This document shows positions 35,215-44,460 of a stretch of DNA of 64,000 nt, in pieces. Position numbers and translations under genes: made by a program. Source of the DNA: Candidatus Beckwithbacteria bacterium GW2011_GWC1_49_16 (GTDB lineage: Bacteria; Patescibacteriota; Microgenomatia; UBA1400; CG1-02-47-37); NCBI GenBank assembly GCA_001029675.1, contig CP011210.1:948891-1012890 (forward strand), read 5' to 3'. The notes under the pieces were generated by a model. That model made no database searches and had not been told where the DNA came from. It worked only from the letters and a program-made list of their open reading frames with translations. Position 1 is the first letter of the stretch. Each line of letters opens with the position of its first letter.

Positions 35215-35853
35215 TCATTTTTCCGCTTGAATCAGCCCGACATTGAGGCCAAGGTGTTTCCGATTTAATTGTTTAAACCCTGCCTGCCTGACAAAAATAG
35301 GAATTTTGCCTTGGTAGTTATCGCTGGTATGTTCGAGTAAATTCTGGAGCTTAACCAAGGTGGTAAAGACTGGATTTTTTGGCTTGACGAAATCAATTAA
35401 AATCAGTCTGCCCCTTGGCTTTAAAACCCGATAGATTTCTTTTAAGGCGCGTTTTTTGTACTTTGTGGGCAAGTGATGGAGCATCAGGCTGGACCAGACT
35501 AGATCAAAAGAGTTACCTGAAAAAGGCAGTTTTTCTGCCAAAGAAATTTTAAAGTGAATGGCGGCTCCGGCTTTTTGGGATTTTTTTCTAGCAATTTGTA
35601 AAATGCTGGTGTCGGCGTCGAGACCATAGAGCTTTGATTTAGGATAGTGGGCGGCAAGATAAAGCAGGTCATCACCGGTTCCACAGCCGACGTCTAAAAT
35701 CTTGAGTCTGTCAGATAACTTAACATGCTTAAAAACACGCCTGTGGAGCGCTTTTCTTAAACCGAATGGGTTACCTAGATCATAAAAGGGAGTTAAAAAA
35801 TCAAAAAACAAGGGCGGCTTGAATTTGTATGCGGTTTTGGGGCGATGGAACAT
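35215..35853 (-). CDS. Class I SAM-dependent methyltransferase
   Basis: ILDVGCGTGDD motif I and acidic motif II LYGLDAD. Confidence 0.75.
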   Translation of the reverse strand: MFHRPKTAYKFKPPLFFDFLTPFYDLGNPFGLRKALHRRVFKHVKLSDRLKILDVGCGTGDDLLYLAAHYPKSKLYGLDADTSILQIARKKSQKAGAAIHFKISLAEKLPFSGNSFDLVWSSLMLHHLPTKYKKRALKEIYRVLKPRGRLILIDFVKPKNPVFTTLVKLQNLLEHTSDNYQGKIPIFVRQAGFKQLNRKHLGLNVGLIQAEK

Positions 35854-37484
35854 TACATTCCGCCCATGCCGCCCATGTCGGGCATGCCGCCGCCAGCCTT
35901 AGTCTCGTCTTTTTCAGGTAGGTCGCAAATTAAAGCCTCGGTGGTGAGGATCATGCCGGCCACAGAAGCGGCGTTTTGGAGAGCCGAACGGGTGACTTTG
36001 GCGGGATCAACAATACCCTGGGACAGCATCGAGCCAAACTCAAGCGTTAAGGCGTTGAAGCCAAAGTCGGCTTTGCCCTCTTCGACTTTTTTGACCACCC
36101 AACCGGCTTCGGCGCCGGAGTTTTCGGCGAGTAATCTCACCGGTTGCTTGAGGGCGAAACGCAAGATTTCTAAGCCGACTTTTTCGTCTTCGTTATCAGG
36201 AGTAACACCCTCTAGAGTTTTGATGGCTCGAAGCAGGGCCACGCCGCCTCCTGGGACAATGCCCTCTTCGATGGCGGCCTTGGTGGCTTCGACGGCGTCT
36301 TTGACGCGCTCTTGAGTTTCTTTGAGCTCGATCTCGGTGGCGGCGCCGACGTTAATGACGGCGACTCCGCCGGAAAGTTTGGCCAGGCGCTTTTCGAGAT
36401 TTTCTTTGTCGTAGTCGGAGTCGGAGCGGTCGATCTCCTGCTTGATGGCGGCGATTCTGGCGTTGATATCCTTCTTGTTACCCTTGCCGCCGATGATGCG
36501 ACAGTTGTCTTTGTCGGCCCAAACTTTTTCGGCCCGGCCGCAGTCTTCGACGGTGGCCGAATCAAGTTTTCTACCGGTGTCTTCAGAGATGACCGAGCCA
36601 CCGGTTAAAATGGCGATGTCAGTTAACATCTCTTTTCTTCTGTCGCCAAAGCCGGGGGCGTTGACGGCCAGGATGTTAAAGGCACCGCGCAATTTATTGA
36701 CTACTAAGGTAGCCAAAGCCTCACCCTCAATGTCGTCGGCGATAAGAACAATGTTTTTGGTGACTTTAACGGCAGCCTCCAGGAAAGGGAGTAGGTCGGA
36801 GATGGCGGAGATTTTCTGGTCGGTGATTAAAATCAAAGGCTCTTGGATTTCGGCTTCCATGGTGTCGGGGTTAGTGACGAAATAGGCCGAAGCGTAACCT
36901 TTGTCAAACTCCATGCCCTCTTTGTGGTCGATGGACATTTCAAAACCTTTGGATTCCTCGACTTCGACGACGCCGTCGCGGCCGGCCATTTTGAGGGCTT
37001 CGGCGATTTTGGCGCCGATTTCGGGACTGGCGGAAGAAATGGTGGCCACTTGGGTAATTTCCTGGTCGCCCTTGACGTCTTTAGCCATTTTTTTGATTTC
37101 TTCAACCACCGCGGCTACTCCCTTGTCGATGCCTCGTTTCATCAGCATCGGGTTGGCGCCGGCGGTGATGTTTTTCAAACCCCTGGAGACAATGGCTTGA
37201 GCCAGAAGGGTCGAGGTGGTGGTGCCGTCGCCGGCAACGTCGTTGGTTTTGGAGGCAGCTTCTTTAATCAGTTGGGCGCCCATGTTTTCAAAAGGATCCT
37301 CAAGGTCGATTTCTTTGGCGACGGTGACTCCGTCGTGGACGACGCTGGGGGCGCCCCATTTTTTGTCCAGAGCCACGTTTCTGCCTTTAGGGCCTAAGGT
37401 GGTAACCACGGCCTTGGAAAGAAGGTTGATGCCTTTTAAGAGTTTTTGGCGGGCTTCTTCGGAGAAAAGTAATTGTTTGGCCAT
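35853..37484 (-). CDS. groEL: Chaperonin GroEL
   Basis: Full-length typical GroEL ending in the GGM repeat. Confidence 0.95.
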   Translation of the reverse strand: MAKQLLFSEEARQKLLKGINLLSKAVVTTLGPKGRNVALDKKWGAPSVVHDGVTVAKEIDLEDPFENMGAQLIKEAASKTNDVAGDGTTTSTLLAQAIVSRGLKNITAGANPMLMKRGIDKGVAAVVEEIKKMAKDVKGDQEITQVATISSASPEIGAKIAEALKMAGRDGVVEVEESKGFEMSIDHKEGMEFDKGYASAYFVTNPDTMEAEIQEPLILITDQKISAISDLLPFLEAAVKVTKNIVLIADDIEGEALATLVVNKLRGAFNILAVNAPGFGDRRKEMLTDIAILTGGSVISEDTGRKLDSATVEDCGRAEKVWADKDNCRIIGGKGNKKDINARIAAIKQEIDRSDSDYDKENLEKRLAKLSGGVAVINVGAATEIELKETQERVKDAVEATKAAIEEGIVPGGGVALLRAIKTLEGVTPDNEDEKVGLEILRFALKQPVRLLAENSGAEAGWVVKKVEEGKADFGFNALTLEFGSMLSQGIVDPAKVTRSALQNAASVAGMILTTEALICDLPEKDETKAGGGMPDMGGMGGM

Positions 37485-37509
37485 ACTTCGACTACGCTCA
37501 GTACAAGTA

Positions 37510-37806
37510 CTACTTGACTAGAGCAAGTACATCCTTGAATTCGATAAATAGTAACTCGTCTTTGTCGGTGGCGCCCATTTTGACTTCGTTGCCGCCCCAT
37601 TTTTTGTAGATAATGCTGTCGCCGACTTGGCAGGGGGCCGGTCTCTTGGCCCCGGAGTCGGTGATTTCGGCGGGGCCGACTGCCAGAACCTTAGCCTGCT
37701 GGGGTTTTTCGTCGTGGGAATCGGGCAAGTAAATGCCGGAGGCGGTCTTTTTGGCCATGTCTTCCGGTTTAACAAGAATGTAGCCGGCGGTGGGTTGAAA
37801 TTTCAT
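37510..37806 (-). CDS. groES: Co-chaperonin GroES
   Basis: [14 protein letters not shown]... The ORF-track start at 37815 is a GTG extension; the ATG at 37804-37806 fits better. Confidence 0.9.
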   Translation of the reverse strand: MKFQPTAGYILVKPEDMAKKTASGIYLPDSHDEKPQQAKVLAVGPAEITDSGAKRPAPCQVGDSIIYKKWGGNEVKMGATDKDELLFIEFKDVLALVK

Positions 37807-37808
37807 AG

Positions 37809-37835
37809 TTATCACTCAATTAATGTAAGTGCTAT
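37809..37835 (-). promoter_or_regulatory. CIRCE-like inverted repeat (HrcA-operator-like) immediately upstream of groES
   Basis: In gene orientation it reads ATAGCACTT-N9-GAGTGATAA, against the consensus TTAGCACTC-N9-GAGTGCTAA (3 mismatches in 18). Confidence 0.4.
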
Positions 37836-37861
37836 TTTAACAAGCAATAAAAACTTGTCAA
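37834..37861 (-). promoter_or_regulatory. Sigma-70-like promoter for groESL (TTGACA-16-TAAAAT)
   Basis: The reverse complement of 37856-37861 is TTGACA; after a 16-nt spacer the reverse complement of 37834-37839 is TAAAAT, directly upstream of the CIRCE-like repeat. Confidence 0.4.
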
Positions 37862-37917
37862 GGGCTGGTTAATCCCTGTTGACAAAAACTGCCACTTGTA
37901 ATAACATAGTTATTACT

Positions 37918-38160
37918 ATGCCCTACCAAAGTATTTTTAAAGCTGGTAACAGCAACGTGGTTACCATTCCGACCGAGTTAATGAAAGAGCTTAACTTAAA
38001 AATTGGCGAAAAGGTGGTGGTGGAAAAATCACCGGTCGGTCAGGGTTTCTTGGTTAAAAAGGCGCCATCAAAAAGACCTTATCAAGACGAAATGCTTCAG
38101 TGGTTTAAAATTTTTGTCAAAGAAAACGGCGCTATTTTAGATGAGCTGGCAGTACGTTGA
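37918..38160 (+). CDS. AbrB/MazE (SpoVT-AbrB) family antitoxin, Phd-position partner of Doc
   Basis: ...NSNVVTIPTELMKELNLKIGEKVVVE... is a swapped-hairpin AbrB-type motif. It overlaps the doc start. Confidence 0.6.
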   Translation: MPYQSIFKAGNSNVVTIPTELMKELNLKIGEKVVVEKSPVGQGFLVKKAPSKRPYQDEMLQWFKIFVKENGAILDELAVR

Positions 38161-38530
38161 TATCGGCGAGGTTTATACCATTCACCAACTGATAATCAAA
38201 AGGGCTGGGACGAAGGCAAGCATCAGAGATTTTACTCTTCTTCACTCGGCAGTGGAGCGACCAAAAGCCAGCTTTGCTGGAAAAGATTTATACGCCAGTG
38301 TCTATACCAAAGCGGCGGCTTTGCTCCAATCCCTGTGTTTAAATCACCCCTTTAGTGACGGCAATAAACGGACTGCTTGGGCTACCACTCATCGCTTTTT
38401 ATGGAAAAACAAATGTCACTTAAAGGCTAAAACCAAAGACGCGATTGAGTTTATGATTTTTGTTGACATCAAAAAACCGCCACTCGAGGTTATCGCGGCG
38501 TGGCTAAAACAAAGAACTAAGAAATTTTAA
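38141..38530 (+). CDS. doc: Doc (death-on-curing) toxin, Fic/Doc family
   Basis: [13 protein letters not shown] is the Doc signature HxFx(D/N)GNKR. Confidence 0.8.
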   Translation: MSWQYVDIGEVYTIHQLIIKRAGTKASIRDFTLLHSAVERPKASFAGKDLYASVYTKAAALLQSLCLNHPFSDGNKRTAWATTHRFLWKNKCHLKAKTKDAIEFMIFVDIKKPPLEVIAAWLKQRTKKF

Positions 38531-39296
38531 GATCGATAAAATAGCCCACCAAGTAAGCGGCTAAGGCGGCAATCGCCCCAACCAGGAGCATTTCGATGCC
38601 GGAGCGGAGCGGGTGGCGGCGGGTTACAAGGGTGCGCAAAGAGCCGACGGTGAAAAGGGCTAAAGCGGTAAAGATGATAGATAAGTCAAAAGGGCTTAGG
38701 GGGGAAAGGCGGGCAAAAACGTAAGGTAAAAGGGGGAAAAGGCCGGCGACGGAAAAGGCGATAAAAGTTGCCAGGCCATTTTTGACCGGGCTGGCGTCGT
38801 CTTCGGCGATGAGACCTAATTCCTCGACCATCATGCAGTCGACCCAGACTTTTTTGTCGGCGGTAATGATAGCGACGGCTTTTTTAAGATCTTGGCCTTT
38901 GAAACCCTTTTTTGCCATGATGGCTTCGACTTCTTTTTTCTCCAGGTCGGGGAGATGGTCGACTTCCCATTCTTCCATTTTCCGCTCGCGTTTGATGTAC
39001 TCGAGCTCTGATTTGGTGCCCAAATAGTTGCCGATCGCCATGGCCAAGCCGTCGGCCAGAAGGTTGGCAAAGCCCAAAATCAAAACGATCGCGGGGGAAA
39101 GTCTGGCGCCGGCAACGCCGGCGACCACGGCAAAAGTGGTGACGATACCGTCGTTGGCGCCGTAAACCACGTCTCTGATATAAGTGCCGCCGATGGTGGC
39201 GTGATAGGTTTCTTTGGCGGTGCCTTGGAGGTGTTGGCGTCTGGCCTCGGCGATTTTCTGTTTTAGGCTTTGGGGCATACTAGATTTTCCCCTCAA
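38517..39296 (-). CDS. VIT1/CCC1 family iron/manganese transporter
   Basis: ...[20 protein letters not shown]... and C-terminal TM helices. Confidence 0.7.
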   Translation of the reverse strand: MRGKSSMPQSLKQKIAEARRQHLQGTAKETYHATIGGTYIRDVVYGANDGIVTTFAVVAGVAGARLSPAIVLILGFANLLADGLAMAIGNYLGTKSELEYIKRERKMEEWEVDHLPDLEKKEVEAIMAKKGFKGQDLKKAVAIITADKKVWVDCMMVEELGLIAEDDASPVKNGLATFIAFSVAGLFPLLPYVFARLSPLSPFDLSIIFTALALFTVGSLRTLVTRRHPLRSGIEMLLVGAIAALAAYLVGYFIDLKIS

Positions 39297-39750
39297 AAGT
39301 AATATCTAAGGGTTTGAGGTTGAGGCGTCGGTAAAATTTGATGGCGCGGGTGTTTTTATAATAGCAGTTCACCTGGAGAGTGCGGAGGTTGTTTTGGCGA
39401 CACCAACTTTTAAAAGCGGCAATGAGCCTGGCGCCTACTTTTTGAGATCGGTACTGGGGGAGAACGCCGATGTTTTCCAGCTCGGCTACGCTTCTAGTGC
39501 GATAAAAAAATGCTTTCTTTTTGCCGTTGAGGTAGCCCGCTGGTTTTCCGTCAATTTCGGCGATTAAGCAGCAGAATTTTTTATCCGAGGTAATTTCTTT
39601 TAAATATTTTGTCCCTGCGCGGGTAAACTCCCAGTCTGGATTGAAAAAGGGGTCAAACCGGCTGTTGGCAGTAAAAATTTCGTGGTTTAATTTTTGAATT
39701 TTTTTCCAGTCTTTGAGCTTGGCTTTTCTGATTTTTACAGGAGGGCTCAT
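39280..39750 (-). CDS. GNAT family N-acetyltransferase
   Basis: ...[21 protein letters not shown]... CoA-binding motif. Confidence 0.7.
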   Translation of the reverse strand: MSPPVKIRKAKLKDWKKIQKLNHEIFTANSRFDPFFNPDWEFTRAGTKYLKEITSDKKFCCLIAEIDGKPAGYLNGKKKAFFYRTRSVAELENIGVLPQYRSQKVGARLIAAFKSWCRQNNLRTLQVNCYYKNTRAIKFYRRLNLKPLDITFEGKI

Positions 39751-41135
39751 TTAATTGATTGTAACATTTTGCTGGTAGAGACCCTTGGGTTGTGGGGTAA
39801 AACGACTTTGAGGCGGCCGCCTAATTTTTCCATGATGCGGCGTTTTTCTTTCTGGTTGGGGGTGCTGGCGGAGACGGCCAGGATGTCGGGGCGAATTTTT
39901 TTGATGAGGGCCTCGTGGGCGGCGGGAGAGAAAAATTTCTCCGGCAGGGCAAAGACTTGGTCGGCAATTTTCAAGCGGCGCAAGTTAATCAAGCGCCGGC
40001 TGATGGGGTTGATCGGCCGACCCGGGCCCTTAAGCAGGCTAACCCGGGTGTCGGACTCGACGCCGACTAATAAAATGTCGCCCTGTTTTTTGGCGGCCTT
40101 TAAAAATTTTACGTGTTCTGGATGGAGAATATCGAAAACGCCGGTGGCGAGAACTTTTCCTCTTTCCTTCCCAATAAGGTCCGACCTTTCGCCTGCCGGC
40201 GAGCCCTTCTCGGCTGGCAGCCGGGAATTCCTGTTAAGGTCGGACCTTGATAGCCTAGACAGACGCTGGCGGTATTTTTTCATGACGATTTGGCCGGTGG
40301 GGCGGGGGTGAAAAAAGGCCTGGTGGGGGCCTACCCTTTCGCGGGTAATTTTTGGCTTCATGTACCAAAGTTGGAGGCGGAAGGCGAAGGACTCCAACCA
40401 ATCAATAAGGTCTGACCTTCCCCGATGTGACTTCGGGGGCACCTTCTCGGCTTGCAGCCGGGAATTCCTGTTAAGGTCAGACCTTTGTAAGCGAAAAGAG
40501 TTCGGGAGAAAGCGGGTTACCCAAGAATTGGAGGCAATAAATTTTTGGTAAGTGCCATCTTTGTTAATCAAGGGTTTGACTTGAGCCACTTCGTGGGCGG
40601 TGTAAAGGTTGCGACGAGAGGCGGGTACGGCCAAAGCCGATTCGTCCAGCCAGAGATTAAGACAAAGTTTGTCGGCCACCTCCGAGGAATCCATTCGGCC
40701 ACCTCGGAGGTGAGGAAACAATAAAATCGTTGCCAGCAAGCGGGTGAGCCAGAGGCGATTTTTTGAGGTAACCACCATCAAATCAATGTCGTCGTTTTTG
40801 TCGGCATTCTTCATGGCCAGAGCGCCGGTGACGGCGACCAGCCTGACCGTCGGAATCAGTTTTAACCAGCCGGCGACGCGGCGGGCTAACCTAAGCTTGG
40901 CGGCCGAGATTTGGGCGCGGCGGCGGCGGAGAGCCACTAAATGAGAACGGCCTTTGAGGTGGAAATATCGGCTGGTCTTTACTATAAGGTCCGACCCACC
41001 CTGCGGGTAAATAGCGCCTGCGGCGCTTTCCTTAATGGGTCGGACCTTTAAGTCGCCGGCTATCTGCCACCTAATAATTTCGCTAGCAGTCAGCGGGTAA
41101 TCAAAAATATCCGCGTAGGCGACGGTCTTAAACAT
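39747..41135 (-). CDS. Composite ORF: N-terminal minimal nucleotidyltransferase (Pol-beta-like) domain plus C-terminal RfaE-domain-II-like cytidylyl/adenylyltransferase, with three in-frame palindromic repeat insertions; may be two genes
   Basis: N-terminus YADIFDYPLT...GALAMKNADKNDDIDLMVV. C-terminus ...GVFDILHPEHVKFL...LLKGPGRPINP (cf. GxFDxxHxGH and KGPGRPVNP of HldE/RfaE). The repeats are translated as RSDLNRNSRL... Confidence 0.4.
   Translation of the reverse strand: MFKTVAYADIFDYPLTASEIIRWQIAGDLKVRPIKESAAGAIYPQGGSDLIVKTSRYFHLKGRSHLVALRRRRAQISAAKLRLARRVAGWLKLIPTVRLVAVTGALAMKNADKNDDIDLMVVTSKNRLWLTRLLATILLFPHLRGGRMDSSEVADKLCLNLWLDESALAVPASRRNLYTAHEVAQVKPLINKDGTYQKFIASNSWVTRFLPNSFRLQRSDLNRNSRLQAEKVPPKSHRGRSDLIDWLESFAFRLQLWYMKPKITRERVGPHQAFFHPRPTGQIVMKKYRQRLSRLSRSDLNRNSRLPAEKGSPAGERSDLIGKERGKVLATGVFDILHPEHVKFLKAAKKQGDILLVGVESDTRVSLLKGPGRPINPISRRLINLRRLKIADQVFALPEKFFSPAAHEALIKKIRPDILAVSASTPNQKEKRRIMEKLGGRLKVVLPHNPRVSTSKMLQSIK
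40176..40248. repeat. Miniature palindromic repeat, copy a (AAGGTCCGACCTT ... AAGGTCGGACCTT)
   Basis: 13-bp terminal inverted repeats read directly. Its internal core is shared with copy b. Confidence 0.8.
40407..40485. repeat. Miniature palindromic repeat, copy b (AAGGTCTGACCTT ... AAGGTCAGACCTT)
   Basis: Shares a 45-bp core (cttctcggctKgcagccgggaattcctgttaaggtcRgacctt) with copy a at about 42/45 identity. Confidence 0.8.
40985..41048. repeat. Miniature palindromic repeat, copy c (AAGGTCCGACC ... GGGTCGGACCTT), with a different internal segment
   Basis: The same terminal inverted-repeat motif bounds a distinct ~40-bp internal sequence, which is itself a palindrome (ccctgcgg...gcgcctgcggcgc). 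Confidence 0.65.
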
Positions 41136-42676
41136 TACTTATTGGCGGCTAGACCATACTGGGACAGAACCTGGCTGACACCCTGGGAGAGGGTGTCGGT
41201 GATTTTTTTCTCGGGCTCGTTTTTAAGGTAGGAGTTGATGGCATCTTGGTAGTATTTAATCAGCCGGTCGTTTAAGCCGTTGTCAAAGGTGCGGTCGGCC
41301 AAAGGCCAGGATTGGGCCGAAACGGCTTGGGTGATGATGGCGCCCAAAAAGGGGTCTTCTTGAATGGCGGCGGTCATGTCCTGGCGGGGGTAGGGCTCGC
41401 CGAAAAGGCGTTCCTTGCCGGCCAGGTCGTGCATTTTTAACAGCGTTTCTTTGGAGCTTAGGTATTTGAGAAAGTCCCAGGCGGCGGCTTGGGAGTCGGA
41501 CTTTTTAGAGACGCCTTCGAGCCAGTAAGTGGCCCAAGTGATGTTGGTGCCTGGCAGCTGGGGTACGGGATAGAGTCTGAAGTTTAACTCGGGGTTTAGA
41601 GCTTTGATTTCCAAAGCGCGCCAGGAGGGGGCAAAAATCATGGCCACTTTTTCGTCGGCAAAAGCCAGGGTGGAGTTGGGCAGCTTTTCGTTCCAGGAAC
41701 CGTCTTGGGTGGTAAACAGGGTATAAAACTTTAAGGCGGAAGTGACGGTGGTTTGGTCAGGCTTGGTGGGGTCACCGCCGTTTTGAAGAATCATTAATCC
41801 TAAAATGTCGGAGAAATGGTCGACGTTGTTGGTGGTGCCCAAAGCGATGCCGCCGACGAGTAAGTTGCCTTTGGCGTCTTTTTGGGCCAGTTTGAAGGCG
41901 GTGCTTCTAAGATTGTCCCAAGTGGTGGGAATTTTGAGGTCGGCGTTTTGGGCAAAGATACTTTGGTTGACGTAGAGGGCTAAGGCATCAAACTCTAAGG
42001 GAATGCCGTAAAAATTGCCATTGGTAAAGGCGTCTCTTCTAACGATGGGGTAGAAGGTGGTGTCAAACTCGTTTGGCGAGTAGATGTTTTCGGGAACAGA
42101 AGCCAGGTCGGCTTTGAGCATAGGCAGCCAGGTATTGTGCCAGCGGAATATGTCGGGGCCCTCATTTCGGGCCAGGGCCGATTGGAGGCGATCGCGATAA
42201 TCCTTAGGCGACTGGCGGGTGTAGTTGACGGTAATGTTGGGGTGATCTTGGCGGTAGTCTTCGATGATTTTGGCCATGATGCTCTCCGGTTCCCACAAGC
42301 CCCAATAGTCAAGGGTGACAACGTCTGGTTCAGGGGCCTTTCTGAAACGGGGCAAGATGACTTTGGTGACTAAAAGTCCCAGCAGAATAACGACGATCAG
42401 GCCGATGATGACGGGGAAAAAGCGCTTGAAAAACGGTTCAGCCACCGGCGGGGCTTGGGCGGGCTCACCGGGCGGTGGCGTGGGCGGCGGCTGATCTATT
42501 GGTGGGGGCGGGACAGGTTGGGATTGCTGCTCCGCACTTTGGATCGGAAAGGGGGGGCTTTCCGGCGGCGGCGGAACTGGCGGCGGAGCGGCCGGGGGCG
42601 AAACCGGAGGAGTTTGAGTGGGATCGTCGGGCATATATGTTATCATCTTAACAACAGGTGATAGTTGAAGCAACAT
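41135..42676 (-). CDS. ABC transporter extracellular solute-binding protein (family 1, sugar-type) with a Pro-rich N-terminal region
   Basis: Pro-rich tract, a TM/signal anchor, then a ...DYWGLWEPES...DIFRWHNTWLPML... SBP-1 fold. Confidence 0.65.
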   Translation of the reverse strand: MLLQLSPVVKMITYMPDDPTQTPPVSPPAAPPPVPPPPESPPFPIQSAEQQSQPVPPPPIDQPPPTPPPGEPAQAPPVAEPFFKRFFPVIIGLIVVILLGLLVTKVILPRFRKAPEPDVVTLDYWGLWEPESIMAKIIEDYRQDHPNITVNYTRQSPKDYRDRLQSALARNEGPDIFRWHNTWLPMLKADLASVPENIYSPNEFDTTFYPIVRRDAFTNGNFYGIPLEFDALALYVNQSIFAQNADLKIPTTWDNLRSTAFKLAQKDAKGNLLVGGIALGTTNNVDHFSDILGLMILQNGGDPTKPDQTTVTSALKFYTLFTTQDGSWNEKLPNSTLAFADEKVAMIFAPSWRALEIKALNPELNFRLYPVPQLPGTNITWATYWLEGVSKKSDSQAAAWDFLKYLSSKETLLKMHDLAGKERLFGEPYPRQDMTAAIQEDPFLGAIITQAVSAQSWPLADRTFDNGLNDRLIKYYQDAINSYLKNEPEKKITDTLSQGVSQVLSQYGLAANK

Positions 42677-44453
42677 GAGACAAGGCTTTAAAAAGCTTTA
42701 TAAAAAAATCGTTAAGCGGCCGAGATTAAAGTGGACTTTAATAGCTCTGGGGGTAGTGACGGTTTTGATGATAGCCGTAGTGGCGGCTTATCATCTAGCT
42801 TTCACCCAAAGGGTGTTTCCGCGGGTCAGCGTGGGGGCGATAGAGCTGTCTAATTTGACCATTCCCGAAGCGGAAAGCCTGCTCGTCAAATCCCTGCCGA
42901 GAGAAATTCCGACGGTTAATTTAGTTTTGGGAGGCAACGAGTGGCCGCTTGAATTAAATAAGCTGCGGTTAAAGTACGAGCCAAAAACCACTGCCCAAAA
43001 AGCTTATCTTTTGGGAAGGGGCGGGAGGTTACTGCCGGACATCGCCGCCAAGTGGCGTTTGTGGTGGCGGGGAGAAGCGATGGACTACAGCTATACGGTT
43101 GACGAGTCGGGGTTGGCGGAGAAGTTAAACATGGTCGCCGATCAGCTCGACGAACCGGCGATTGAGCCCAATTTGACGCTTAGCCAAGACGGCCGGGTGG
43201 AGCTGACGCCGGGAAGAAACGGCAGGTTGGTGGATAGATCCGAGCTAATGGAGCTGGTTAGAGCCAGAATCGGCCGGCTTGACTTTGATCAAATCGGCAT
43301 TCCCATAGAATTGGTCACGGTGGCGGTGGATGGGGGTAAACTCTCGGCAGCGCAAGAAAGGGCAGAGAGGCTTAAAGAAAAAACCATCGAGCTTGACTAT
43401 GACGACAACACAAGACAAGTTTCCGGCCAGGAGCTTTTGGATTTGATTGATTTCAACGGGGGCTTTAGTGAAGTAAAAGTAGCCAGCCTGTCTTCGTTTC
43501 TGGCGGCAGAGATTGACCGGCCGGCGCAAAACGCGCTTTTTAACTTTGACGGGACGCGGGTGGTGGAGTTTAAACCGGCGCTGCCCGGCTTGAAGTTAAA
43601 TGAGGCTGAAGCCAGAGCGATGATCGCCGACAGCCTTGCTAAGCTTGAAGGCCAGGAAGAAGCGAGGCTTGCCGTCAGGTTGCCGCTAACCAAAACCGAG
43701 GCGGCGGTAAAGACCGAAGACGTCAATGATTTAGGAATAAAGGAACTTTTGGGTGTGGGCGAATCGACCTTTCATGGTTCGATTGCCACAAGGGAACACA
43801 ACATCGCTTTGACGGCGGCGAGATTAAACGGCGTCTTGGTACCGCCGGGAGAAGTATTTTCCTTTAACCAAATGGTGGGGGACGTGTCGGCGGCAACCGG
43901 TTATCAGTCGGCTTACATCATCAAAGACGGGCGGACGATTTTGGGCGACGGCGGCGGGGTGTGCCAGGACTCGACCACGGTGTTTCGGGCGGCCTTGGAC
44001 GCGGGCTTGCCGATCGTGGAGCGCCACGCTCATTCTTACCGGGTGAAGTACTACGAGCAGAACGCGCCACCGGGAATTGATGCGACGGTGTATGCCCCGA
44101 GCGTGGATTTAAAGTTTAAAAACGACACCCCGGCACATATTTTAGTTCAGGCTTTAGCCGATACCGGCAGTAATTATTTGCGGGTGGAGATCTACGGCAC
44201 CAGCGACGGGCGGGAGGCGACGGTAGAAAACGCCAAGATTTGGGGACAAGCTCCCCCGCCGGCACCGCTTTACCAAGATGACCCGACCTTACCTCTCGGC
44301 ACGGTCAACCAAGTCGACTGGGCGGCGTGGGGGGCGAAAACCTCGTTTGATTGGCGGGTGACAAGAAACGGTGAAGTGATCAACGAAAAGACCTTTTATT
44401 CTAATTTTCGCCCTTGGCAGGCGGTGTATCTTAGGGGTACCGGCGGGATTTAG
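42675..44453 (+). CDS. VanW family protein with N-terminal TM anchor
   Basis: The C-terminal ~150 aa GDGGGVCQDSTTVFRAAL...ERHAHSYRV is the VanW core. Confidence 0.7.
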   Translation: MRQGFKKLYKKIVKRPRLKWTLIALGVVTVLMIAVVAAYHLAFTQRVFPRVSVGAIELSNLTIPEAESLLVKSLPREIPTVNLVLGGNEWPLELNKLRLKYEPKTTAQKAYLLGRGGRLLPDIAAKWRLWWRGEAMDYSYTVDESGLAEKLNMVADQLDEPAIEPNLTLSQDGRVELTPGRNGRLVDRSELMELVRARIGRLDFDQIGIPIELVTVAVDGGKLSAAQERAERLKEKTIELDYDDNTRQVSGQELLDLIDFNGGFSEVKVASLSSFLAAEIDRPAQNALFNFDGTRVVEFKPALPGLKLNEAEARAMIADSLAKLEGQEEARLAVRLPLTKTEAAVKTEDVNDLGIKELLGVGESTFHGSIATREHNIALTAARLNGVLVPPGEVFSFNQMVGDVSAATGYQSAYIIKDGRTILGDGGGVCQDSTTVFRAALDAGLPIVERHAHSYRVKYYEQNAPPGIDATVYAPSVDLKFKNDTPAHILVQALADTGSNYLRVEIYGTSDGREATVENAKIWGQAPPPAPLYQDDPTLPLGTVNQVDWAAWGAKTSFDWRVTRNGEVINEKTFYSNFRPWQAVYLRGTGGI

Positions 44454-44460
44454 GCAAAAT

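Noticed and set aside
35853-37484. Multiple 90–190-aa ORFs on both strands inside groEL (e.g. 36212-36601, 36843-37397)
   Set aside because: They are antisense or alternate-frame artefacts within an unambiguous, full-length groEL.
37810-37815. GTG start for groES at 37815 (ORF track)
   Set aside because: The ATG at 37804-37806 gives the canonical MKF... GroES N-terminus. The GTG-extended residues overlap the CIRCE-like element.
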